A DNA stretch of 64,000 bases from positions 203,321 to 267,320 of the IMG/VR virus record IMGVR_UViG_3300046542_000227. One strand, given 5' to 3'. Positions 45,764 to 54,246 of the stretch are shown piece after piece. A program made the position numbers and the translations under genes. How positions within the stretch are numbered: the first letter of the stretch is position 1; every line of letters starts with the position of its first letter. The notes below the pieces were generated by a model, which did no database searches, had not been told where the DNA came from, and saw only the letters and a list, made by a program, of their open reading frames with translations.

Positions 45764-45803
45764 GGCATAGCACCCGCCCGGTTAGGGGCGGGCTTTATGC
45801 CGC
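45764..45803. terminator. CATA-hairpin-TATG element
   Basis: GGCATAGCACCCGCCC-GTTAG-GGGCGGGCTTTATGCCGC. Confidence 0.75.
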
Positions 45804-46124
45804 TTAACGGAAGTCCGCAAAGATGACTGTAGGACCAACCGCTTCATAACGTACGTAGCTGTGCGCCGCCGTCATGATCGGTTGCATGATGATGAAGAAC
45901 AACAAACCACAGTGCTGAGACAACCAGCGCTCAATACACTCGATCTCTTTAACCACCATTCCACTGTACTGCAGTTCGAACTGCAACTTGGCTTCCTGGA
46001 AGAACGTCGGCATGTTGTCTTGCTTAATGTAGACGTACACAGGTTTCCGTAGATCACGGTGACGCTTCTGATGATCCAGATGCGCCAGTAACTCCTTTAC
46101 AAACGATTCGTACGGTCTTGTCAT
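45804..46124 (-). CDS. Hypothetical protein downstream of the helicase
   Basis: Start abuts the helicase stop codon. Confidence 0.7.
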   Translation of the reverse strand: MTRPYESFVKELLAHLDHQKRHRDLRKPVYVYIKQDNMPTFFQEAKLQFELQYSGMVVKEIECIERWLSQHCGLLFFIIMQPIMTAAHSYVRYEAVGPTVIFADFR

Positions 46125-47663
46125 TTAAGCTGCTTCCCACCATGGTGATTCATCATCGGAACCCATACGTCCGCCGCCAGGCATGGCCACACTGCGATCT
46201 TCACCATCGACGTCCCAAGGGATAGTACCGATGATTTCAAATGGCAGTACGCAATACTGATCTTTCTCGGACGTTACGGTGTTACGGTGCTTACCACGAG
46301 CAATAGTCAAGTACGCTTTGCCATTAACGCGTACGATGTGGATCATGATTTCCAGATCCGGTTCTTGGCCCAGACGACGACAGCCGTCATAGTAACCTTT
46401 GTTGGCAATGTTGCGGACAAAGTCATCTACGTTCTCACGGGTCATTTGCAGCGCATCAGACGACAGCTGATGTGGCGACAGGAACGTGATACCGCGAGGT
46501 GAGGTGTAGTTACGGATACGACGGAACAACAGACGAATATCGTCACCGGCTACCTTGGCTTCCAAACCAGTCTTCGGCAACATGTTCAGGTAGTCGACAA
46601 TCAACATCTGGATTTCGTAGCCTTCAGCGATCAGGCCATCCAGGTGAGTAGTCAACGACGCAGCAGAGAATTCGGTTGGATCGAAACGATCCATCCGTAC
46701 TTCAAAGCCAGTTTCCCGCAGACGTGCCGACACATAAGCCGAAGCTTCTTGAATGTCGATCATGTCATCCAGTACGGGTTGCCCGGTGTCGTTCTCCTTA
46801 AGATACTTGTAGACCCAGAGCAGGTTATCTGACGCCTCGTTCTCGAAGGTGATGAACTGGATCAGTGGCTTACGGGTCACATCGCGCATAACTGGTTTGT
46901 TGAACAAACAGAAATGTACGAACAGCGACAACATAAAGCCAGACTTAAAGTTGTGCTGCAGACCACCGACGATCCCGAACTCACCGCGCTTGAGTGCGCC
47001 GATCTTGCCGAGCATGCGGTTGAGTGCTTGCCAACCTGTACGGAAGGCACCATCAGTCGATAGCAATGCTTTAACAGCACCGAACTGTTCTTCTAGACTG
47101 GAGATATCTGAGAAGTCCATGCCACCCATTTGAGCCGGGTGGGTCATCCGCTCACGAGCAGTAACGTAAGGTTCCAGGCGTTGACCCATCTCTGCGATTT
47201 CAGAGACGACGTCACTAATAGCTGTCCGCTTGAAGGTCAGCTTGTGATGGTATTCTTTGAGGATACTGGTGATCTTCTCCTCATTAAGGTAGGCCGAGAG
47301 CTTACGACGGTACGAGTGGATACGCTTGACGATCTCATCAGGCGAAGCAAACGTTTCGGTCAGAGCAATAGCCAACGCTTCGTAAAGGTATTCTTCTTCA
47401 CGGCAAGCAACCTTAAGTTGCTGCAGGATTTCCGTGTCGGTAGGAAAGTCTTCGACTCGTTGTGCACAGAGCCAGATAACAATCTTGTAGACCTCAGTGA
47501 AGATCTGACGACCGCTGTCAATGTCGACGGTCACGTCAGGCTGAGGAATAGAGTTGACGATCTCGGTGATGACACCGGTGGATGCAGATGTAGCCACCCC
47601 AGGACGATGTTCGAGGCACAACAAGCTAATGCATTGGATTAGTAGCTGCTTAGGTGTAAACAT
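46125..47663 (-). CDS. dnaB: Replicative DnaB-like helicase (phiKZ gp118-like)
   Basis: FRTGWQALNRMLG, divergent Walker A GGLQHNFKSG, ITFEN, Walker B LIVDYL, PHQLS, RGKHR. Confidence 0.9.
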   Translation of the reverse strand: MFTPKQLLIQCISLLCLEHRPGVATSASTGVITEIVNSIPQPDVTVDIDSGRQIFTEVYKIVIWLCAQRVEDFPTDTEILQQLKVACREEEYLYEALAIALTETFASPDEIVKRIHSYRRKLSAYLNEEKITSILKEYHHKLTFKRTAISDVVSEIAEMGQRLEPYVTARERMTHPAQMGGMDFSDISSLEEQFGAVKALLSTDGAFRTGWQALNRMLGKIGALKRGEFGIVGGLQHNFKSGFMLSLFVHFCLFNKPVMRDVTRKPLIQFITFENEASDNLLWVYKYLKENDTGQPVLDDMIDIQEASAYVSARLRETGFEVRMDRFDPTEFSAASLTTHLDGLIAEGYEIQMLIVDYLNMLPKTGLEAKVAGDDIRLLFRRIRNYTSPRGITFLSPHQLSSDALQMTRENVDDFVRNIANKGYYDGCRRLGQEPDLEIMIHIVRVNGKAYLTIARGKHRNTVTSEKDQYCVLPFEIIGTIPWDVDGEDRSVAMPGGGRMGSDDESPWWEAA

Positions 47664-47793
47664 TGATGATTAATCCGTGACCGAGGTTTTTACTAACGTA
47701 TCATGTACCGTGACTGTATTGTTTTGTGAAGTCTATATTTGTATGAAGGTTTTGACACCCCAAGAAACCTATGATGCCCTCAGGTGAACGCGA

Positions 47794-48303
47794 ATGACTA
47801 CGTTAGTGGTTGTACCGAAAGACGTCGCCGCCGTCATTGAAGGTCAAGGTTTGAACTTTGATCTCTTCAAAGATACCAACAGTATGTTGAAGTATCTGTC
47901 CGCTGCTGACGTAGCTGACATCGTGATTGCGTCGAACGATTTCCCCTTCGATTACGGTTCCATGTTTACTATTGATATGGAACAGAACCTGCATGCCTAC
48001 TTGCAGGCAAATGAAAATGCCGATAAAGCGCGCCGGATTCAGAGCCGTCTCGAAACAGCCAAACTGAAGTTTGCTGAGGAAGTAGATAGCTTTGTGTCGT
48101 CGTATCAGCTTTATAGTGTAGACGAGAAGCTATGGGTTGCGGTGCAGCAGAGGCAGCACATCGGTGATAGCGATCCTAAACAGCTCCTCCTGAAAGCGAA
48201 CAGCGGATTCTTCGATTCGTTGATTGCTCAAGCATTGCATACTACATCCTTTGAGAAAGTGTGCACCACAAACCTGTTCAACGATTATTTGAACTCGCTC
48301 TGA
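47794..48303 (+). CDS. Protein upstream of the major capsid gene (gp119-like)
   Basis: AGGTG RBS; synteny. Confidence 0.7.
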   Translation: MTTLVVVPKDVAAVIEGQGLNFDLFKDTNSMLKYLSAADVADIVIASNDFPFDYGSMFTIDMEQNLHAYLQANENADKARRIQSRLETAKLKFAEEVDSFVSSYQLYSVDEKLWVAVQQRQHIGDSDPKQLLLKANSGFFDSLIAQALHTTSFEKVCTTNLFNDYLNSL

Positions 48304-48391
48304 TTCGCACACTTATGTGTATGGGTTAGTGCGCATTTAGGTAACCCTGCTTAAGCAGCAAACAGAAAACTCCTCTATAGGGAACCGTTCC

Positions 48392-50617
48392 ATGGAAAAC
48401 ATCAAGCAACTGTTCGCACAGCGCCAGAAAGTTGGTGCTCAATTCAACGTCAAAGCTCTGGTAGAAAACCTGGAAGCCTCGATCGTTGCCGCTGGCTCGG
48501 GCCTGCGCATTCAGCCAGAAATGGCAGAGCGCGTTTCGCAGGAAGACTTCGGTTCTTCCGACGTTAAAGACAAGATGGTCAACGTGTACGAAGAGCTGTC
48601 TCGCTCTCTGGCCACCCTGGGCTTCGAATCGTACAACGCCGACCGTGGTGAAGACGCCGCTCGCATCAGCGACAACATGGCTACCGCTGCCACCATGGGC
48701 CTGTTCGGTGCTTCGAACGAATCCGCGTACAAGAAAGCTCTGCTGGCTTCGACCCGTTCGATCAGCTCCAGCGACAAGAACGTCATCGTTTCCCGTGGCC
48801 AGATGGTCGGCGCTGCCGGTTCCATCCCTGCTTTCGGCGAAGGCGTCTCCCTGGAAAACTACAACGAGAAGTCCAGCCGTGACTTCCGTATCGTTACCGC
48901 GGCCTACAACCTGAGCTCCTCGCGTCAGGATGCGTTCGCTGAAGCGATCTACCGCACCACCCTGATCAATGCTCAGGAAGGCGGCGCTGTTCAAATCGTG
49001 CCTTACGTGGCACTGATGAAAGACGTATACCACAAGACCACTGGCGCCAAGATGGACACCCAGGAAGTCAACGTGGTCGACGCCTACCGCGATCCTTCGA
49101 TCCTGGACCAAGAAAGCACCATGCTGATCCCGGCCGTTGCTGCCGGTAACACCGCCAACTTCGTAGCTGCTGGCGACGTCGCCGTTGCTCCGAAAGTCGA
49201 CGAGCGTGGCCACAGCTACAACACCGCTCCGCTGAAAATGGGCGCGAAGTTCGATCTGATCGGTATCTCCAACCACAACGCCCTGGTTGCTGGCGGCGTG
49301 CTGGACATCTCCGACACCATCGACCCAGCCGGTTCCATGAAGAACCTGTACATCAAGGCTGTTGGTAACGGCACCGAGCCTAGCCAGGTCCTGAAGTTCA
49401 AAACCGACAAGCTGCCTACCGCTACCTTCGTTCCGAAGCTGGTTGGTGACACTCGTCAAATCGCTGTTAGCTTCGAATCCGAGAAGCTGAAAGTGGTTGG
49501 TTCGACTCGCGGCGTGGGCGGCGGTACTCTGGAAGCGATCACCGCTCTGGACGCAGCCAAGTACACCCTGCACCTGGGCATCAAAGTCGACGGTTCGGTC
49601 TCGGTATCCCGTGGCCAGTGCCAGTTCATCTCCGGCCCTGTGGTCGTTGAAGGCATCGTTGACGAAGACGGCGTAGCAATCGACCACACCACTGGTGCGG
49701 GCGCTGCTCTGGTTGCCAAGCTCGGCGCTCTGACCGCTATCGGTTACGACCTCGACGCTCGCTTCACCAACACGAACAAACGTAAACGCGGTCAGCTTCT
49801 GCAGACCCGCGCCGTTCAGTTCCGTTACCCGATCTGGATGCACAGCCCAGTAACCCTGCTGCTGTCCACCATGGACGAGCAAGGCCCAGGCGAAGTTGCC
49901 CGCGCCCTGACCGTGGTAACCGACATCCGTAACAGCGCCAACGCTGTAACGGCTGCTCTGAACTACGTTGCTCAGCTGAAAGAAGTGGTTGGCGACAGCG
50001 CTGCTATCGCTGAGTTCGGCGACGTCGAAGGTGCTCTGAGCATCATGATGCGTCCGACCTACCGTTACTTCAAGCTGGACCTGACCGATGGTCGTCTCGA
50101 CACCATCCGTTCGGGCGACCGCTGGAACGACGTTACCGCTGCAATCCTCAACACCATCAAAGGCCTGCTGTTCCCGGCCTACCGTGATTCGAACATCGAA
50201 TCCGTGTTCCAGGTGGTGTCGGGTAACATCGACGAGAAGCCGAAGTTCCTGATCTGCACCGATCGCGAAATCGCGAACTACCTGCAGGAAGTCGGCGATA
50301 ACCGTACTCTGGGTGCTTACCTGAAGTACGACGTTGTTGCTACCAACAACAAGAAGTTCGACGGCAAGATCCTCGTGATCCCAACCCGTGAGAACCCAGG
50401 CGAGAACGACGTTCTGAGCTGGGGTCAGTTCTTCTTCGTACCAACCATCGTCGGCGACATGCCGATCGCTCGTGATGGCCAGACCTCCCGCGAAATCACC
50501 GCGGTACCGTTCAACCGTCACGTCAACAACATTCCGTTCGCAATCGAGATCGACGTTGTCGGCCTGCGCGACGTAATGTCCAGCTCCATGTACAACGTTC
50601 TGCTGCAACAGCCTTGA
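48392..50617 (+). CDS. Major capsid protein (phiKZ gp120-like)
   Basis: 741 aa; propeptide ending VSLE/NY; YNL...RQDAFAEAIY; GYDLDARFTNTNKRKRGQL; strongest codon bias; synteny with DnaB and the gp123-like gene. Confidence 0.9.
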   Translation: MENIKQLFAQRQKVGAQFNVKALVENLEASIVAAGSGLRIQPEMAERVSQEDFGSSDVKDKMVNVYEELSRSLATLGFESYNADRGEDAARISDNMATAATMGLFGASNESAYKKALLASTRSISSSDKNVIVSRGQMVGAAGSIPAFGEGVSLENYNEKSSRDFRIVTAAYNLSSSRQDAFAEAIYRTTLINAQEGGAVQIVPYVALMKDVYHKTTGAKMDTQEVNVVDAYRDPSILDQESTMLIPAVAAGNTANFVAAGDVAVAPKVDERGHSYNTAPLKMGAKFDLIGISNHNALVAGGVLDISDTIDPAGSMKNLYIKAVGNGTEPSQVLKFKTDKLPTATFVPKLVGDTRQIAVSFESEKLKVVGSTRGVGGGTLEAITALDAAKYTLHLGIKVDGSVSVSRGQCQFISGPVVVEGIVDEDGVAIDHTTGAGAALVAKLGALTAIGYDLDARFTNTNKRKRGQLLQTRAVQFRYPIWMHSPVTLLLSTMDEQGPGEVARALTVVTDIRNSANAVTAALNYVAQLKEVVGDSAAIAEFGDVEGALSIMMRPTYRYFKLDLTDGRLDTIRSGDRWNDVTAAILNTIKGLLFPAYRDSNIESVFQVVSGNIDEKPKFLICTDREIANYLQEVGDNRTLGAYLKYDVVATNNKKFDGKILVIPTRENPGENDVLSWGQFFFVPTIVGDMPIARDGQTSREITAVPFNRHVNNIPFAIEIDVVGLRDVMSSSMYNVLLQQP

Positions 50618-50715
50618 AGTAATAGGGCCCGCCCCCGGATCCTCGAAGACGGAAGTCTACGGTTTCTAGAGGGCGGCGTACCTAGAAGGCAGGAGTAGCA
50701 CGGAGTGCTGGAACA

Positions 50716-50762
50716 ACATAAAGCCCCCGGCCCTGCAATGGAGTCGGGGGCTTTATGCCGCA
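50716..50762. terminator. CATA-hairpin-TATG element after the capsid gene
   Basis: CATAAAGCCCCCGGC...GTCGGGGGCTTTATGCCGC. Confidence 0.8.
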
Positions 50763-50774
50763 TTTCAAAGTAAA

Positions 50775-50798
50775 TAGAGATATATATCATTCCGGTGA
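50775..50798 (+). promoter_or_regulatory. Candidate early (vRNAP) promoter
   Basis: TAGAGATATATATCATTCCGGTGA; lies upstream of the operon containing the nvRNAP subunit, as expected for an early unit. Confidence 0.75.
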
Positions 50799-50838
50799 CC
50801 CTCTGCCTATTAAACGGCATCAACTTTAGGATTGCATC

Positions 50839-51306
50839 ATGAATTTCCTCCTTAAAGTAGTAGCTGCTTATCAGGCAGTGCGGCACGTGGCAGAATGCTG
50901 TCGCGAAGCTAAATGTGAGACAGCCAAAGCTGACGTAGTTGCCCCTGCTCCCCAGGCAGTGGTAATCACCGAAGTTATTCCACCTCAGGATAGTGGCTAT
51001 CTGACAGCTGTAGAGAAAGAAAATACTCCCGACGCTAATAAAGTAGGTGTCAGCGCTTGTGCTGGCTCTATACCTGTTGCCGCGTTGTCAGGTTTTATAC
51101 CGACTGCTGTCGAGGAAGGAGACTCCTTCCGAAAATCCACAGGGCGAATCGGAGTCGATAAAGACTGCTCCACCGGTTCGCCTCTTATGGAGCAGCGACG
51201 TCGCAAAAAGAAACGTAGGTCGCCCCAGAAGCGGGCGAGTCTTCGTGAAGAGATCCCCAGATTCACCATAGTCGAACCGACCTTGGTTTCTGTGGAGATC
51301 ATCTAA
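50839..51306 (+). CDS. Hypothetical protein with basic cluster
   Basis: AGGA RBS; RRRKKKRRSPQKR. Confidence 0.55.
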   Translation: MNFLLKVVAAYQAVRHVAECCREAKCETAKADVVAPAPQAVVITEVIPPQDSGYLTAVEKENTPDANKVGVSACAGSIPVAALSGFIPTAVEEGDSFRKSTGRIGVDKDCSTGSPLMEQRRRKKKRRSPQKRASLREEIPRFTIVEPTLVSVEII

Positions 51307-51320
51307 ACAGGAATAGAGCA

Positions 51321-52541
51321 ATGAGTCGTGACCTACAGCACCTGTTTGGATCGATCACAGTCGACCCACAGGAAGAACCCAAGCGTAAGAACCCCAACAT
51401 CGCCACCAACGTGCGGTACGAGTTCTATAGTACCCTACGTAAGAAGATCTTCTGGCGTGACTCCAGAGGTGTGGTAGCAATCGAGGGACCCAATGCGGCA
51501 CCGAGTGGTGAGGCTTTCTATATCACCATCGAATACGAACTGCAAACGAGTGTTGAACTGGATGCTCGTGAACTGTTTGCGACCTTTAGCTTAGCGGACA
51601 ACAGTCCGTTACGCAAAGAGCTCTATACCCGCATCAATGCGTTGCAGAACACCGTAACGTGGAATAACAATCGGAGGTTCCGTTACACCGTAGCAGTAAC
51701 CGCTGAACAAATCGATGCTGCTGGCGGTGTCGTGTATCTGCGGGACTTCGATCTGATCATCGGCTATGAGCACTTGCGGGAGCAAGCGCTGCATCCGTAT
51801 TCCCAAGAAGGGCAACTGGCTAGAATGCGTCGGCAGATGCATTACGGCAACCAAGGGGCTAACCTGCGGTTTGTGTTGATCGACAATACTGGGCGGGTAG
51901 ATCCAGTGTGGTTCAACAACGGGATTACGGTAGTCGAAATAAAACCCCAGCGGGATGCCCAACTGGAAGACGGGTTGTATCTGTTCTATCAGTACGGTGA
52001 GGGGGAAGAAGTAGAAGCAGAGTTCGTGGCATTGAAAGATGCCAAGACTAAGTACCACTTGTTCGATACTCGGGTTGAGGCCATCAATCTAGGTAAGCTG
52101 GATAAGGTGATTGAACGAATCAAGATCGAACATGAAACCATCCTGCTCGAAAAGAAACAAGAATTAGCTCAACTAGATGCGGAAGCTCGGCGTGAGAAGA
52201 CTGAACTGGATCGGGAGAAAGTCCGGTTACAGGCTGAACGCGAAGAGGACGAACGTCGGCGTAAAGATGAGCAAGCAGATATGGACGCTAGGGAGCGTAG
52301 GTTCCAAGAAGACCATAGTCGACAAATGGCACAACTAAAAATGGATCGCGAACGTATCGAATGGGATCGCCAGCAGTTATCTGAAGGCAGGAAGTTTGAC
52401 ATGGATATGCGTTCAAGGGTACAGCGAGACAATAACGATGCCGTAAAGAATCTCTTTGAAGTATTGAAGATTGGGGTCGGACTACTTGGTCCGTTGATCT
52501 CGGCCTATGTCCTGTTTAAGGGTGGGTCCGGTAAGAAGTAA
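51321..52541 (+). CDS. Coiled-coil protein with C-terminal hydrophobic anchor (gp122-like)
   Basis: GGVVYLRDFDLII...HPYS; long E/R-rich coiled coil. Confidence 0.7.
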   Translation: MSRDLQHLFGSITVDPQEEPKRKNPNIATNVRYEFYSTLRKKIFWRDSRGVVAIEGPNAAPSGEAFYITIEYELQTSVELDARELFATFSLADNSPLRKELYTRINALQNTVTWNNNRRFRYTVAVTAEQIDAAGGVVYLRDFDLIIGYEHLREQALHPYSQEGQLARMRRQMHYGNQGANLRFVLIDNTGRVDPVWFNNGITVVEIKPQRDAQLEDGLYLFYQYGEGEEVEAEFVALKDAKTKYHLFDTRVEAINLGKLDKVIERIKIEHETILLEKKQELAQLDAEARREKTELDREKVRLQAEREEDERRRKDEQADMDARERRFQEDHSRQMAQLKMDRERIEWDRQQLSEGRKFDMDMRSRVQRDNNDAVKNLFEVLKIGVGLLGPLISAYVLFKGGSGKK

Positions 52542-52565
52542 CCGTTACATCGCTGGGGATCTGCT

Positions 52566-54224
52566 ATGCACAACGCCATGGTTGAACGCGTCAAGAATCG
52601 TATTGCACCCTTTACCGAAACAATCGCTGAAGGGCTTGCTTACGAGCACATGATGGGTCGGCCGAAACCCATTGGAAAGGACGACGAGTCGCCCCTCCTC
52701 AACAACACCATGCTCTACAATGAGCGGGTGATCAAAGTTAACCAGGTCCTGTTCCCGCCTGGACTCAAGTTCGAAGGTAGCCGCATGTGTACGGCTATCG
52801 AGCACTTCGAGAAGATCACTCACGAGTACCAGTCCAAACGTACAGCCAACATTGCCAAGCACGGTACCTATCTGGTTGAATACAACTTCAGCTACGATTG
52901 CGGCGATGGCCGTGGTGCGGTAATGCTACAACCTCGTTACGTGCTCCTGCCCACCGTTCGACCAGGTGGCTTGATGGAGCTCAATGGCGCCACTTATACC
53001 GTCTCGCCCGTTCTGGCCGACATCGGTTACTCAGTGAGCCGTAACAGTATCTTCGTTCCATTCCGTCGTGCGAAGCTTACCTTTAACCGGGTAGACTATC
53101 GTTACATGCGTGACGGCAAGATGGAGATCGTTTACGTGATCTGGTCGACTGTGCACCAAGAGATGCACAATCGCAAGAACTCAGACCGTAACAATCGTCA
53201 ACACATCGAAAGCTGCATGGCGCATTACTTCTTCTGTGAATACGGAGTGAAGGAAACGTTCAAGCGCTGGGGCGGGGCTGACGTAGAGATCGTTCATCGT
53301 TCGGATCTGAAGGACTACCCGAAGAGCAAGTTCCACATCTACGAGTCCTGCGTGACCCGTGGTCGTCACCCTGCTGGTGACGTGTGCTTGGTCTTGCCTA
53401 AAGAGCAGTGCACGGCGTTCACGGATATGTTGGTGGGTGGTTTCTACTACGTCGCTGATACATTCCCTGATCGTTTCGTGAACATGCAATACATCGATGG
53501 TCGCGCCTTGTGGCGTACGATCCTCGGTATGATGGTATTCGGTGACTTCGAGCACGTTGGTAAACTGACGGAGAACATCGACAACCACATGGTGGGTTTC
53601 AACAACTACCTGGATGAAATGACCATGGACGATCTGGCGAAAGCTGGTATCAAGGTCAAGACAATCTGGGAGCTGCTGTTCCACATCATGACCGAACTGG
53701 CACACCACTTCTACCAGACCAACCGCGAAGAAACATCGATGTACGGAAAGCAATTGACCGTGCTGCGGTATGTGATGGAAGAGTTCAACAGCGCCATCAG
53801 TCTCCTGACCTATAGCTTCCAGGGTCGGCGGGATATCGTGTGGAAATCCACAGCGATTGAAGACATGTTGAAGAAGTACCTGAAACTCAATACGTGCATC
53901 CGGTTGCTGACCAGTAAGCACAACGAACTGAGCACAGTCAACTATCCAGGGGACAACAAGATCATCCGGATTACTTCGGTGATTGTGCCTCAGGACCAAG
54001 CACGTGCAGCCAACACGCACAACCGGGGTTTGATCAATGACTCCAGTCGTCTGTTGGATGCGTCGATCGCAGAGATCGGGCAATATAAGAACCAACCAAA
54101 GTCCGCGCCCGATGGACGCTCACGAATCGGTACTCATGTCAAGCTCGGCAAGGATGGTACTATCATCCGTCGTGATGACTGCCGTGAACTGATCGACACC
54201 ACCCAAGAACGAATCCAACGTTAA
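52566..54224 (+). CDS. Non-virion RNA polymerase beta-like N-terminal subunit (phiKZ gp123-like)
   Basis: FPPGLKFEG, LLPTVRPGGLMELNGATY.VSPVLAD, TSMYGKQLTVLRY, SIAEIG...PK..PDGR. Confidence 0.85.
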   Translation: MHNAMVERVKNRIAPFTETIAEGLAYEHMMGRPKPIGKDDESPLLNNTMLYNERVIKVNQVLFPPGLKFEGSRMCTAIEHFEKITHEYQSKRTANIAKHGTYLVEYNFSYDCGDGRGAVMLQPRYVLLPTVRPGGLMELNGATYTVSPVLADIGYSVSRNSIFVPFRRAKLTFNRVDYRYMRDGKMEIVYVIWSTVHQEMHNRKNSDRNNRQHIESCMAHYFFCEYGVKETFKRWGGADVEIVHRSDLKDYPKSKFHIYESCVTRGRHPAGDVCLVLPKEQCTAFTDMLVGGFYYVADTFPDRFVNMQYIDGRALWRTILGMMVFGDFEHVGKLTENIDNHMVGFNNYLDEMTMDDLAKAGIKVKTIWELLFHIMTELAHHFYQTNREETSMYGKQLTVLRYVMEEFNSAISLLTYSFQGRRDIVWKSTAIEDMLKKYLKLNTCIRLLTSKHNELSTVNYPGDNKIIRITSVIVPQDQARAANTHNRGLINDSSRLLDASIAEIGQYKNQPKSAPDGRSRIGTHVKLGKDGTIIRRDDCRELIDTTQERIQR

Positions 54225-54246
54225 TTAAGAAGTACGGAGAAGTACC

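Noticed and set aside
48326-50608. 760-aa minus-strand ORF opposite the capsid gene
   Set aside because: In-register antisense shadow of a strongly codon-biased gene; no RBS or recognisable motifs.
50616-50669. +1 frameshift at the capsid CCT-TGA
   Set aside because: Gives only EVIGPAPGSSKTEVYGF then stop, with no pattern, and the -1 frame stops at once; in-frame readthrough is the better candidate, although +1 is not formally excluded.
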